A DNA stretch of 64,000 bases from IMG/VR virus record IMGVR_UViG_3300017977_000066, positions 64,001-128,000 of that record; one strand, given 5' to 3'. This stretch comes from a virus. Made by a program: the position numbers and the translations under genes. Below are positions 31,981 through 42,476 of the stretch, one piece after another. Each line of letters starts with the position of its first letter. The stretch's first letter is position 1. The notes under the pieces were generated by a model. It was not told the origin of the DNA, did no database searches, and saw only the letters and a list, made by a program, of their open reading frames with translations.

Positions 31981-32196
31981 AAGGAGTATAAAATGCTAAA
32001 AAATACTATAGGAAGAACTCCATAACCCAAGTGAGGAGTTAGTATGTGAGGCTACTAAGCCGTACTTATCAGATCCAACTTGGCAAAATCTTAAGAAGGT
32101 AGCGGTTGTTTTCTAACACTGCCCTTAAGGGGTTTTTTATTTAATAAAAACACTCTACTATTTTTTTCTTTGAAATATATATAAAAAGGATACCGC

Positions 32197-33663
32197 ATGC
32201 TAAAAGCAGGAACAGAGAGCATTATGTTACAGAAAGATACTAGGTTCTTAAAGAGCCTAGAAAGAGATATAGAAGAGACCAATGATATCATTAACATAAG
32301 CTTACCAGACATAGTAGCTAGTAATGAAAATGATAGTAAGTCTTTTAAAGAGTATGATGCCTATAAGAGAAGCCTTAAAGCCAAGTTATTCGATAAGGTA
32401 ACTAAGAGTATGTCTAAGACTCTAGGTAGTAGATTCGGCATCACATTTGAGCTAAAGAATACTTATAGTACTGGAGACTTAGTTAAGATAAACATACCAC
32501 CTCTTAATAGCAAAGTCTTAAGTTCAGCTATGAGTGATCTAGATAGTTTATTCCCTAAGAAGCAAACTAGTTCCATACTATGGAATGTAGTAGCTAATAA
32601 AAATGAACAGATGCTATATAGTAACCTAAAAGATATTAAAGAAGCTATACAAACAAACAAGTTCCAGTTAGACCTTAAGCATGCTAAGATAAAAGGATTA
32701 GACCATACTACTATAAGTATTAAAGTAAACTTCTTAAGAGCTGCTATGTTAAGACTTAATCCAGGCGAAGTAGCTTCTCTTATACTACAGAAGATAGGTG
32801 TTCTATTTACTCATCTAGAGTACATGTATACTACTACTAACAATAACTTTGTATTACTAGATACATTCTTAACAGAGAGATTTACTAAACAGACTCCAGC
32901 TTTAGATGCCATTAAGATAGCTATAGATAAAACAGATGCTGATGTTAAGGTAGATACCAGTTCTCCAGTAGCATTCTTAAATACCCTAGATATCTATATG
33001 CTAAGGACTTATAGATTCGATGCTAGTAAGAAAAGTATTAAGATAGACTATGAAACTTTAAGTGATCAATTTGTATCACTATTTGGATATGGCTCTGATC
33101 TAGCTAATGCTATTATAAAAGCTAAGACATCTGCAACAGTTGCTCCTGATGGTAATACTAACTTGGGTATAACTACATTAGTATTCTTACTTAAGACATA
33201 TATTTATCTAAGCATGTTCATCATGAGTCTTTTATTTTTCTCTGTATTTGGTTTAGTAGCTATCTTAATAGCAGCAGGGTTAGTAGCTTTCAAGATGGTT
33301 ATCTCTTTTATCTTAGACATCATAGCCTCCATACTAAACGCTTTCTTCTCTACTGATGTAGAAACTGATGTTACTAGTAATGAGATGGTAACTAGACTTA
33401 ACAGAATAAAGCTAGATGTTATAAAGCAACTAAGAACAGAAGCTGATGGGAGTAAGGCAGACCAAGCTATATTAGTATCACAGATAGATGAGATCAAGCA
33501 TAGTATAGATTTCGTTAAAGAGAAGACTGGGTTGCTATATGAGTATGGCGAAAAGACAGCTAACTATAAGAATGAAGATACTATGCAACTACAAAATGAA
33601 TTCATTGAACAGCTCTCTGAGAACGAGCTACACTTCTTTAAAGCTAAATTTAAAAACACATAA
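32197..33663 (+). CDS. virion protein with degenerate zincin-like domain and transmembrane region
   Basis: 488 aa; LDLKHAKI..EVASLILQKIGV..ETLSDQF..GYG; long hydrophobic segment; N-terminal AGTES. Confidence 0.6.
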   Translation: MLKAGTESIMLQKDTRFLKSLERDIEETNDIINISLPDIVASNENDSKSFKEYDAYKRSLKAKLFDKVTKSMSKTLGSRFGITFELKNTYSTGDLVKINIPPLNSKVLSSAMSDLDSLFPKKQTSSILWNVVANKNEQMLYSNLKDIKEAIQTNKFQLDLKHAKIKGLDHTTISIKVNFLRAAMLRLNPGEVASLILQKIGVLFTHLEYMYTTTNNNFVLLDTFLTERFTKQTPALDAIKIAIDKTDADVKVDTSSPVAFLNTLDIYMLRTYRFDASKKSIKIDYETLSDQFVSLFGYGSDLANAIIKAKTSATVAPDGNTNLGITTLVFLLKTYIYLSMFIMSLLFFSVFGLVAILIAAGLVAFKMVISFILDIIASILNAFFSTDVETDVTSNEMVTRLNRIKLDVIKQLRTEADGSKADQAILVSQIDEIKHSIDFVKEKTGLLYEYGEKTANYKNEDTMQLQNEFIEQLSENELHFFKAKFKNT

Positions 33664-33674
33664 AGGAAAAGTAA

Positions 33675-34130
33675 ATGATAAAGTATAAAAACATGGAGCT
33701 AGATATTAACTCCATTAGCGAGGACTTCACTAATATGTTCCTAGGTGCATCTAAGATGCTTAAATCCAACCACCCTAACTTAGACGTTATGCCTGTAAGT
33801 AAAAGTAAGAGTGTGTTAACAGGAGTTGTATTAGCTATCGTAGATAGTATAACTATAGATGCTACTGACATAGTTGATATGGAGGTGTCTACAGCTAGAA
33901 GATTAACTAACATGTTAAGTAACTCTATAACATTAGCTATATTAGAAAGAAATGTTATAGATACTAAGTTTGTTAATACATTAACAAAAGATACTCTTAT
34001 GCTTAAGCTAGATATGCTATTAGGTAACACTAGAACTGTAGATATTACTATGGGATATAAAACAAAACCCCAAGATGAAGATATCGTTAGAAATATTGTT
34101 CTAAAAGAGTACAATGAGTTCTCGGATTAA
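33675..34130 (+). CDS. hypothetical protein
   Basis: 151 aa, AAAGGA RBS. Confidence 0.65.
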   Translation: MIKYKNMELDINSISEDFTNMFLGASKMLKSNHPNLDVMPVSKSKSVLTGVVLAIVDSITIDATDIVDMEVSTARRLTNMLSNSITLAILERNVIDTKFVNTLTKDTLMLKLDMLLGNTRTVDITMGYKTKPQDEDIVRNIVLKEYNEFSD

Positions 34131-34137
34131 AATAAGT

Positions 34138-34171
34138 ACATGTATACCTAGCTATAGCTAGGTATACATGT
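34138..34171. terminator. perfect 34-bp palindrome between convergent genes
   Basis: acatgtatacctagcta|tagctaggtatacatgt. Confidence 0.7.
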
Positions 34172-34172
34172 T

Positions 34173-37019
34173 TTATATTTTCATTACTACGATATCAACA
34201 TCGGAGGCTACTACAAGAGTACCATCAGCTTGCTTAATAAGTTTCTTATTGATGATGAACTTAGAACTATCTTTAACATAGTTAAGAACAGTTATAACAT
34301 TATCTGGAGATATGTCAGTAAGCTTAACTGATAACACATCAGTACCTATGACAGTTTGTATCTCGTTCTCTATACTAGCTATAGTAGTTGGCTTTAATAA
34401 CTCTTTCTGTAGTGTAAGGGTTATAAGTTTCTTTATAGCAGTAGTTATGACAAAAGTAACTTCTTTATGTATATATAATATAACCTTAGGTTTTATGAAG
34501 TTATCGAAGGCTACATTAACATAGTTAATATTAAGAGTAACTTTATCTAAGTTGTTATAAGGCATGTACTTAATAGTAGTGTTGTCTAAAAGATAATCAT
34601 TAGCGACATCTAACTCATCAGTTATGACATTAGTAAGTTCTTTAAAATAACCTATCCTATACTCTTTATAGACCCTATCTGTAACTCTTAAGAAGTAATC
34701 CTCTATAAGTAACATATTAGGAACATGGATGATGCCATAAGTGTTGTCTATGATAGGAGTTTGATTCTCATCTAACATGACCTCACCTTCTTTATGTAAC
34801 ATTATAACATCGCCCTGATCATCTAAGACAGGATCTCCTTTAGTATGTTTAACTACCAACTCTACGTCATCATTAGTACCATCATTATTAGTATCTATAT
34901 AGTTAAGCTTAACAGTACCATCATCATCTAACTCATATACTGTCTCTGTATAGGTTAGTATAACATCAGCATCATAAGTCTTGAACTTCCTAGAGGTATA
35001 GTCTAGTCTATAGTTAGAGAATAAATGTTTTAAAGCTATACCGAATGTTAATGTAGCTGACTCTTGATAGAATACTGTCTTAGGAGTCTCTAAAACTACT
35101 AGTGTGTTATCTACATTAGTACTGAGCCCATCTTCTGTACTATAGAACACTGCAGTTAATGAAGAATCTAAAGCTAAGGATACTCTTAATAAATCACCAC
35201 GCATAGTAGTGAATGTTACCTTATCATCAGCATCTATATAGCCATCTGTATATAGATCATACTTAACAAAGATCCTACCATTAAGTATGCTAGTATTTCC
35301 TTTTATAACGAACTTACTACCATTAAGAGTAGTATACACTAGTTCGGAAGAGAACTTGCTTAGGTCTAGGTTAAATAGCCAATCGTCAGGCTGTAGTTCA
35401 TATGTTAGTACATACTTGTCTAGCTCATATGTTAGACTTCTATCTAATATGGTTAAGAAGGTATCTAGTAGATCATTAATATATAATGTATCAGCGTTTG
35501 TTATACTTAACTGGTTAACATCATAAGCTCTTATAAACAATCCATTTTTATTATCTAGAACATATTTATAGATATTAAAGAAATACTTATTTTTATTATA
35601 CTCTACGATATCGGTACTGGCTACATCTTTTATAGTAGCTGCTTCACTAGTAGTCATAGCTACTGTAGAACCATTTATATATTTAAAGAACTGATAAGGC
35701 TCTATAATAACATGTGTATCATTACTCTTGATCTTCTCACTGTTGATAGTAGGTAGGTATAACTTAACATCATCATAGAACTCATCCATAGATGTAAATA
35801 GATCGTAGTCTAGACTACCTAGAGTCTTATTAACCATAAGCTCTCTTTCAAATATAGTATTAAATGTACCAGTATAGTTAAACCCGTATTTCTTTATCTT
35901 CTCTTTTATCTCATATGTAGTTATAGGGAGCTTGTTATCTCCAGTACTACTATCTATGACCCTATCTTTAAGCTCTTGAAATGTTATCTCATCTCGTCCA
36001 CCATATGTATATGTACTAGCTGTTATAAGGTAGTTGATGTTCTTTATACCAGTTATCCTAGGATCTTCTGTATCAGGAAGTGTTATAGTAAACGTGAACT
36101 CAGAGCTACTACTCTTAACCAGAGGTTCTACTATGTTACCTAGTGAAGTATAAATATCAGATTCTACATAACTAGAGATCATGTTGTTGAACATATATAT
36201 AGATGGTACTTCTATAAGAACTCTGTTATCTAGAGGTTTGATTAGCATAGTAGGAGTACTAGGATTATAAACGAAGTTACTATATGTCTTATCAAGCTCT
36301 ATGATAGAACCATCAGGAGTACTTATAGTTTTAGATGTTAGATATACATATCTCTCAGCATCATTAAGCACTATCTCAGAAACAAAAGGAGAGCCTTTTA
36401 TGATAGTTTCGTTATGGGTATACTTCTTGATCTGCTGTAGTTCCATATCTAAGAATACCCACTCTTGCCCATCATCGTCAGTTACTAGATTACTGTTAAT
36501 AACTTCACCACTATTATAGCTTATGTCTAATGTGTTAAACATGAACTTAGCAAATGTCTTACCATTAGCATAGCTTCTCACTAAGATATCATTCAGTAAT
36601 GTAAATGTTATATCGTTAATAAGTATAAAGCTATACTTAGGTAATATGATATCAGTAAAGTTATTTCCATTATGACCAAATGTTAGCATATCTTTTTTAT
36701 TTATCATGAAGTTAAATTTAGCTTTACTAGGTATAGCAAAAACATCATTAAGCTCATCATTAGTTAGATGGTGATAAAGTTCTTCTTTACTAGTAGCCAG
36801 ATAGGGATACATGTTCCTCATACTTGCACTTACTTCATTAGTTATGGCAGAGCTTAAAGCAGCCATGTTCTCTTGTAAAAATGTAAATGGGTTACTAGGG
36901 TCAGGTAACTCTACAACTCCATTTAAACCTTTATCTATACGATCCATACTATCTACCATGATGAGATTGGGATCATAGATGTATTTAGTTAATTCTTTCT
37001 TTTCAGTTTCACTTAGCAT
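34173..37019 (-). CDS. baseplate wedge-like virion protein (phiKZ gp87-like)
   Basis: 948 aa; DPSNPFTFL..YPYLATSKEELYHHL, GGRDEITFQELKDRVI; synteny with gp88-90-like genes. Confidence 0.7.
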   Translation of the reverse strand: MLSETEKKELTKYIYDPNLIMVDSMDRIDKGLNGVVELPDPSNPFTFLQENMAALSSAITNEVSASMRNMYPYLATSKEELYHHLTNDELNDVFAIPSKAKFNFMINKKDMLTFGHNGNNFTDIILPKYSFILINDITFTLLNDILVRSYANGKTFAKFMFNTLDISYNSGEVINSNLVTDDDGQEWVFLDMELQQIKKYTHNETIIKGSPFVSEIVLNDAERYVYLTSKTISTPDGSIIELDKTYSNFVYNPSTPTMLIKPLDNRVLIEVPSIYMFNNMISSYVESDIYTSLGNIVEPLVKSSSSEFTFTITLPDTEDPRITGIKNINYLITASTYTYGGRDEITFQELKDRVIDSSTGDNKLPITTYEIKEKIKKYGFNYTGTFNTIFERELMVNKTLGSLDYDLFTSMDEFYDDVKLYLPTINSEKIKSNDTHVIIEPYQFFKYINGSTVAMTTSEAATIKDVASTDIVEYNKNKYFFNIYKYVLDNKNGLFIRAYDVNQLSITNADTLYINDLLDTFLTILDRSLTYELDKYVLTYELQPDDWLFNLDLSKFSSELVYTTLNGSKFVIKGNTSILNGRIFVKYDLYTDGYIDADDKVTFTTMRGDLLRVSLALDSSLTAVFYSTEDGLSTNVDNTLVVLETPKTVFYQESATLTFGIALKHLFSNYRLDYTSRKFKTYDADVILTYTETVYELDDDGTVKLNYIDTNNDGTNDDVELVVKHTKGDPVLDDQGDVIMLHKEGEVMLDENQTPIIDNTYGIIHVPNMLLIEDYFLRVTDRVYKEYRIGYFKELTNVITDELDVANDYLLDNTTIKYMPYNNLDKVTLNINYVNVAFDNFIKPKVILYIHKEVTFVITTAIKKLITLTLQKELLKPTTIASIENEIQTVIGTDVLSVKLTDISPDNVITVLNYVKDSSKFIINKKLIKQADGTLVVASDVDIVVMKI

Positions 37020-37033
37020 AACTTATCCTTATT

Positions 37034-38203
37034 TTAATTTAGTGCGAAAGGGTCTTGGTTAAGACCTAAGACATCGTTGAGATTATCACTTTGTGTGTTA
37101 TCCGTGAGACCGAACTGTGATGGCGGTGCTATAGGCTTATCCTCTTTAAGAGCATCCTCTTTACCAGCATCTATGAAATTCCTATAGCTAGCACTATCTT
37201 TACTTATCAACCATACCAATTCAAATGTCTCTAGATTTATGACGGGATAGCCTCTAAAATCAAATGTCTTAAGCAGGTCATATGCTATAGGAACCATCCT
37301 AGTAGGACTACCAGTTAAGAAGTTCTTAACATCAGGATGAAAAGTAGCTGCTAGTTTATTAAAGTCTAAGAGATATCTACTGTAGTTATATCTAGCTCCC
37401 ATACAAGTAAAATTAATATTAATGTCATTAGTCTGCTCGTTATATGGCTTATCTCTACTATAGTCAGCATACTTACCACTAGGCCATGTATTAGGAAAAC
37501 TAGCCCCTGTTACAAATGACTTAATTATGAATCTATTAGACTTGTCTAATGTGAACTTATATATCCTAGTGTTATAATCAAACTCATTCTCAGTTATGAA
37601 GTCTAGATATGGATATACCATACCCTCAAATTCTAGTGATGAGTATTGGCCCCATTTTTCAAAGAGTGTAGATATAGGTTCGTTAATGAAGTTCTTAAAT
37701 GTAGCACTTAATGAGAAGACATCGTTTATCTCGAACGTACCATCTATCATGGCTATCTGTTCTTTCCTTAACCCAGCTTTAGAAGTAAAAGTAGGAACTG
37801 TACTATCTGGCCATCCAGACAGGTTAGTTAAGGTGTTGGTTAGTATAGGTATAAAAGGCATATGCTTATCTACAAAAGGACAGTCTATTTTTTCTGTACT
37901 ATAGAACTCACTATTTAGCTCATAAGGGCATCTTGGATCTAATGTAACCCTAACGAATCTGTTAACAGTGTTAGGATTATCATCTAGGAGATTCTCTAAA
38001 AAATTACTATTCCTTATATTACTAGTCTGCATGTTTAGCTGTGGCCTAGTAAAGAACACTATACCTTGGCTCTCTTGGTTAGATTCTAATGATGGTAGTT
38101 GTTGACCATGACTAAAACCATATAGTGCATTACCTACTACTTTATCATTAGGTTTATTCTCAGAGGTATCCATAACCTCATTAATATTAATACGTTTTTT
38201 CAT
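37034..38203 (-). CDS. baseplate/tube-initiator-like virion protein (phiKZ gp88-like)
   Basis: FFTRPQLNM, PFIPILTNTLTNLSGWPD, DYNTRIYKFTLD. Confidence 0.7.
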   Translation of the reverse strand: MKKRININEVMDTSENKPNDKVVGNALYGFSHGQQLPSLESNQESQGIVFFTRPQLNMQTSNIRNSNFLENLLDDNPNTVNRFVRVTLDPRCPYELNSEFYSTEKIDCPFVDKHMPFIPILTNTLTNLSGWPDSTVPTFTSKAGLRKEQIAMIDGTFEINDVFSLSATFKNFINEPISTLFEKWGQYSSLEFEGMVYPYLDFITENEFDYNTRIYKFTLDKSNRFIIKSFVTGASFPNTWPSGKYADYSRDKPYNEQTNDININFTCMGARYNYSRYLLDFNKLAATFHPDVKNFLTGSPTRMVPIAYDLLKTFDFRGYPVINLETFELVWLISKDSASYRNFIDAGKEDALKEDKPIAPPSQFGLTDNTQSDNLNDVLGLNQDPFALN

Positions 38204-38297
38204 ACTCAAATCCTCATTTTTTTCAAGTTAACATCTCCCATATAAAAGATAGGCTCAAGCATTTGTTTGAAAAATGAAATTCAGCAAGGAGTTAACC

Positions 38298-39557
38298 ATG
38301 ACGGGTAATGCTTTAAGTAAAAGCCTATTAGTTATAGGTAATGTAATCAAAAACACAATCAACGACGAAGAGGATCTTTTAAAACTAGAACCCGATGTAG
38401 TTACATCTGGTAAAATAACTAGACTTATGTCTAAGTTCATCATGACACCTAACATCATCATAGATAAAGACCTTAGTTATATCGACCAGTCTAACCTAGA
38501 TAAGGTTATTAAAACAGAGATAAACTTATTCACAGGTATCGTTACTAATGCTTTCCAAGTACTAGCTAGTGTATATGGTTCAGAACCTAGTGTTATAATA
38601 GAGAAGTTAGGTAGAGACTCTAATAAAGATTATCTGTCTGATATCAACCGTGTTAGAGATTTGATAGATGGCATAGAAAGCTTCGATTATGTAGCTGATG
38701 CTCTTTTCAATACCGATGGTATCTTGCCTATAGCTGGTGTAGAAGCTACCCAAGGGGGTAGAAACGTTAGACGTAATAATGGTAAAGGTGGAGCACATGT
38801 GCATATTAAGCCTAACATTAATGTTAAACCTAACATTAATATAGCTGCTAATAAAAAAGAGGGTGGTAATAAAAAAGACCCTATCAATAACACTGGTGAT
38901 GTTACTGCTCAGAAACTTCATAAAGATGCTAATGGCTTTATGAATGTCTATAATATAGAACTTAACCTCACTACCGCTAAAGGTGAACAGAGAGTTATAA
39001 CCATCCCTATCATCATTTATCCTAACATCACTTATACAGATGCTAATACATTAGTAGGTAACATGTTAGATTCCGATGTAGATAAAGGTTTCTTAGATAG
39101 AATAGACCAATACAGAGCTGGACTAGTTTCACTTTCAGATATTATATTCGCTACAGATTTAGTTAAGAAATATAGAGATAAGAAAATAACTAACCAAAAT
39201 GAGGTAGCTTCTTATCTTAATGCTGTTGATAAAACAACTACAGTTAAAGAACTCTTACATAATAAGAAAAGCTTCTCTAGAAACTATAATATCTACATCT
39301 TCGATATAAACAAGAAACCTCTTGTAGAGAAACAAGTTAAAGGTTCTCTATTTAAGAACAGGTATAAAGATAAACTTATGAATTCACTTTCGGCCTTCTC
39401 TATTTGTTTTGTAGATGATGCTAAAGAAGAAGTAGTTAACTATGTAGATGACATACCTGGTTTTAGTGCATTAAGTTATAAGATGCTATCTAAGGATAAA
39501 AATGATGATGTTAACAGTATCATGAAAGATCTTTTCAATGGCAAACAACCTTTTTAA
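38298..39557 (+). CDS. head/virion protein (phiKZ gp89-like)
   Basis: divergent from the gp88-like gene; RAGLVSLSDIIFATDLV; start behind the AAGGAG RBS. Confidence 0.6.
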   Translation: MTGNALSKSLLVIGNVIKNTINDEEDLLKLEPDVVTSGKITRLMSKFIMTPNIIIDKDLSYIDQSNLDKVIKTEINLFTGIVTNAFQVLASVYGSEPSVIIEKLGRDSNKDYLSDINRVRDLIDGIESFDYVADALFNTDGILPIAGVEATQGGRNVRRNNGKGGAHVHIKPNINVKPNINIAANKKEGGNKKDPINNTGDVTAQKLHKDANGFMNVYNIELNLTTAKGEQRVITIPIIIYPNITYTDANTLVGNMLDSDVDKGFLDRIDQYRAGLVSLSDIIFATDLVKKYRDKKITNQNEVASYLNAVDKTTTVKELLHNKKSFSRNYNIYIFDINKKPLVEKQVKGSLFKNRYKDKLMNSLSAFSICFVDDAKEEVVNYVDDIPGFSALSYKMLSKDKNDDVNSIMKDLFNGKQPF

Positions 39558-39568
39558 TGGAGTAAAAG

Positions 39569-40522
39569 ATGAGCAAACATGTAAAGAAAAAATTAGAAAC
39601 ATTGTATATAGAAAGAGATCAGCTTCTAGAGGTACTTAATGAGGTAGAGAAGAACATAGGTACTTCTACTATACCTACTTTAAAAAGCACTCTAGATATA
39701 GTTAAGGGAACTAAAGTTCTTAAAGAGAGTATTTTATTTTCAGAAATGAAATTAAGAAATGATGAGGATTTCTTTAAGAGACTCATTAGTGTTACTATTA
39801 AGTACTCCAAAATACTTCCTGTATTAAAGAATAAGGTTAATGAAGAGTTACCTGATACATTCGGTTCTAATACTAGTAATGTTAATATTAAGATAGCCTT
39901 ATCATTAGTTAGTGAAGGTATCTTCTTAGCTGATAATGTAACAGACATAGTATCCTATATCATAAATACTTACTATACTAAGTCTGGTACTGAGCTAGAG
40001 TCTGGTTATAATCATAAGCTAGGGCATACTCTCATAAACCTTATAAAGCTTATACCCGAGTTAGAAAAAGCTAATCTTAGTGAGATAGTAGATATCATCG
40101 GTAATGTACCTACTATAAACACATTAAGAAAAGAGACTAAGTCAGTTATACCTACTGATGTAGTTATAGGTTTTATTAGTAATACTTTTAAAATAAAAGG
40201 TGCTTATACTCTAACTTACATTAAGAGATCATTACGTTTTATTAATTTTAAAAAAGAGAATAAGACTAGAAAGATAAGTATAGCTGGTAAGAGTTTTATA
40301 GGTAATCCTGTTTATCACATAAGACTTTTTCTAATCGACTTAGAAGAGTTAAGATTTGAAAGACTTAAAGATAGTAGAAGACTTATGGAACTTAGAGTTT
40401 TAGAACTTAGACAGAAACAGCAGTCTGGGGTTACTGATGAAAAAGTTACAACAGCTATAAAGTATTATGAAGAAAAACTTAATAAGTTAGATATGAAAAT
40501 AGAGAGATACCTTAGAGGGTAA
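39569..40522 (+). CDS. head/virion protein (phiKZ gp90-like)
   Basis: 317 aa; NPVYHIRL..ELRVLEL coiled-coil C-terminus. Confidence 0.6.
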   Translation: MSKHVKKKLETLYIERDQLLEVLNEVEKNIGTSTIPTLKSTLDIVKGTKVLKESILFSEMKLRNDEDFFKRLISVTIKYSKILPVLKNKVNEELPDTFGSNTSNVNIKIALSLVSEGIFLADNVTDIVSYIINTYYTKSGTELESGYNHKLGHTLINLIKLIPELEKANLSEIVDIIGNVPTINTLRKETKSVIPTDVVIGFISNTFKIKGAYTLTYIKRSLRFINFKKENKTRKISIAGKSFIGNPVYHIRLFLIDLEELRFERLKDSRRLMELRVLELRQKQQSGVTDEKVTTAIKYYEEKLNKLDMKIERYLRG

Positions 40523-40552
40523 TCTCTTTATTACATTTTTAAGGAGAAATAA

Positions 40553-42301
40553 ATGTATGTGGTAACAAAAGAAGATGGTAATAATAGTAATTTTACTAGT
40601 ACATGTGAAGATGGTTATAGTTGTGACCCTTCTACTATGTATGAGGAGATAACTAAGGTAGATGTTATGGTTAACACACTGAATGTTAAGAAGCACGCAT
40701 TAGAGTCATCATTAGCGCTATTTAACAGAGTAGATGATGATGAGGAATATGTTAACATGTATGCTGCTTCTGAAGCTATGGTATATGCTAGGTTAGCAGA
40801 TGTGGCTGATGATATAACAGTAGGTGCTGAAGGGTTCTTTAATGTTGTCTATAAGGTCATAGCAGCTATATTTAAATCTATCATATCCCTTATATCTAAG
40901 ATCATAAAGTTCATAAGCAGCATCTTTAAAGCTATCTTTGGTTTTCTGAACCATGATGATGTAACAACTTCTAAAGGTAGAGAAGATAAATTAGACATCG
41001 TGAAGGATAAGTTTAAAGATACTATAGACGAGTTCGTTAAGCTTAAATCTGAAGGTTATAAGGTATCTGAAATCTATACTAAGAGCCAAGAAGCAGTTAT
41101 AGAAGCTTCTATAGCTAAAATAATCGATATGGTTAATAAAAACCTACCTTTAAAAGCTTATAAAAATGGCATAGGTGCTGATAACACAGTCAGTCTAACA
41201 TCTGTTATATCTGCATATCAGAAGTACATTAATGGTATAGATAATGTATCTAACCTACTAGGTAACAAAACATTCATAGACACATTAAGTATAGGTGTAC
41301 TAGAGTTCAAGCATAAGAGTAAAACTGATAGGATAAGTAGTACTAATATATCCGATATCGTTAAAAACATTATGGAGGCTATACATAACGTTGACCTTAA
41401 CAATCCTAATTTAAGTGATGATCACGCTTACCCTGTAACTTCTCCTGATATAGCTAGCTTGCATACTCTTGTAGAAGCTGTTACTGAAAAGATAAATATC
41501 GTTGCTAAAAATCCATTCGCTGGTCTGTCTGCACATGTAAATTTACATACTACAACTGAGCTTAGAAAAGAGGTTATTAATGAGCTTTTCATAGATGACA
41601 AAAACACTAATGCTGCTTTAATAGCTATAACTCCTAAGAAGGCTTATGTATTAAGTACTACAGAGAAAGATAAAGCTACTCTAGATGATATCGTTAGACA
41701 ACTAAAAAAGGCGTCTGAAGATCTAAGTGAGCATGTACATGATAATGATAGTACGATGCTAGAGATACTAAGTGAGCTAGCTTCTATCATTAAACTTATA
41801 GCTGATAATGTTACTGTAAAATTAGAAGTCATTGCTATGGATAATATAGTAGCCCTAGATGATGTTAATGCTACTGGCGTTAATACCGATGACTTAGATT
41901 ATATAGACTCTACATTCACCATGAAAGGTAATACCATTATAGCAGATGCGTTTAGACTATACACTAGAGAGCTTAATCTTACTAACACATTAAAAAAAGC
42001 TAAAGATACTATGGAAGCATTAGAATATGGATTCAAAGCTGAAGAGAAGAAATTAAAAGCTTTAGAAAAAGATATTAAAGATATTTTAAATAATGGCGAT
42101 AAGAAAACTAGTTTAGGTAATAGTGTTAATAGTTTAGTAAATAGTGTAAACTTTGTATCTACTGCATATGCCCATAATGTTAAATCATTAACTACTCTCA
42201 TAGGCGATGCTACTATTAGTTATAATAACTCTAAGTTCACTGACATCTGCTCAGAGATATTAAAGTTATATCGTAACAGATTAGTTAACATACAACTATA
42301 G
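40553..42301 (+). CDS. internal head / ejection protein (phiKZ gp93-97 family-like)
   Basis: 582 aa; acidic propeptide ending VGAE, then amphipathic IISLISKIIKFISSIFKAIFG. Confidence 0.65.
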   Translation: MYVVTKEDGNNSNFTSTCEDGYSCDPSTMYEEITKVDVMVNTLNVKKHALESSLALFNRVDDDEEYVNMYAASEAMVYARLADVADDITVGAEGFFNVVYKVIAAIFKSIISLISKIIKFISSIFKAIFGFLNHDDVTTSKGREDKLDIVKDKFKDTIDEFVKLKSEGYKVSEIYTKSQEAVIEASIAKIIDMVNKNLPLKAYKNGIGADNTVSLTSVISAYQKYINGIDNVSNLLGNKTFIDTLSIGVLEFKHKSKTDRISSTNISDIVKNIMEAIHNVDLNNPNLSDDHAYPVTSPDIASLHTLVEAVTEKINIVAKNPFAGLSAHVNLHTTTELRKEVINELFIDDKNTNAALIAITPKKAYVLSTTEKDKATLDDIVRQLKKASEDLSEHVHDNDSTMLEILSELASIIKLIADNVTVKLEVIAMDNIVALDDVNATGVNTDDLDYIDSTFTMKGNTIIADAFRLYTRELNLTNTLKKAKDTMEALEYGFKAEEKKLKALEKDIKDILNNGDKKTSLGNSVNSLVNSVNFVSTAYAHNVKSLTTLIGDATISYNNSKFTDICSEILKLYRNRLVNIQL

Positions 42302-42476
42302 TATATACTAAGTACTCTAGGGTACTTGGTAGCTTTATTTTGCATAGTTAATATATTATGAGATAGAACTATAAAGAAAATAAAGTGGAACTATACCTAT
42401 ACGGGCATACATATAACTATGCGAGTGTACTGCACTTAAAACATTTTATAAAAATAAAAATATGAAGGATTTCATT

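Noticed and set aside
38806-38841. Short tandem repeat (KPNINV/KPNINI)
   Set aside because: A two-copy in-frame duplication in a disordered linker with no evidence of special function
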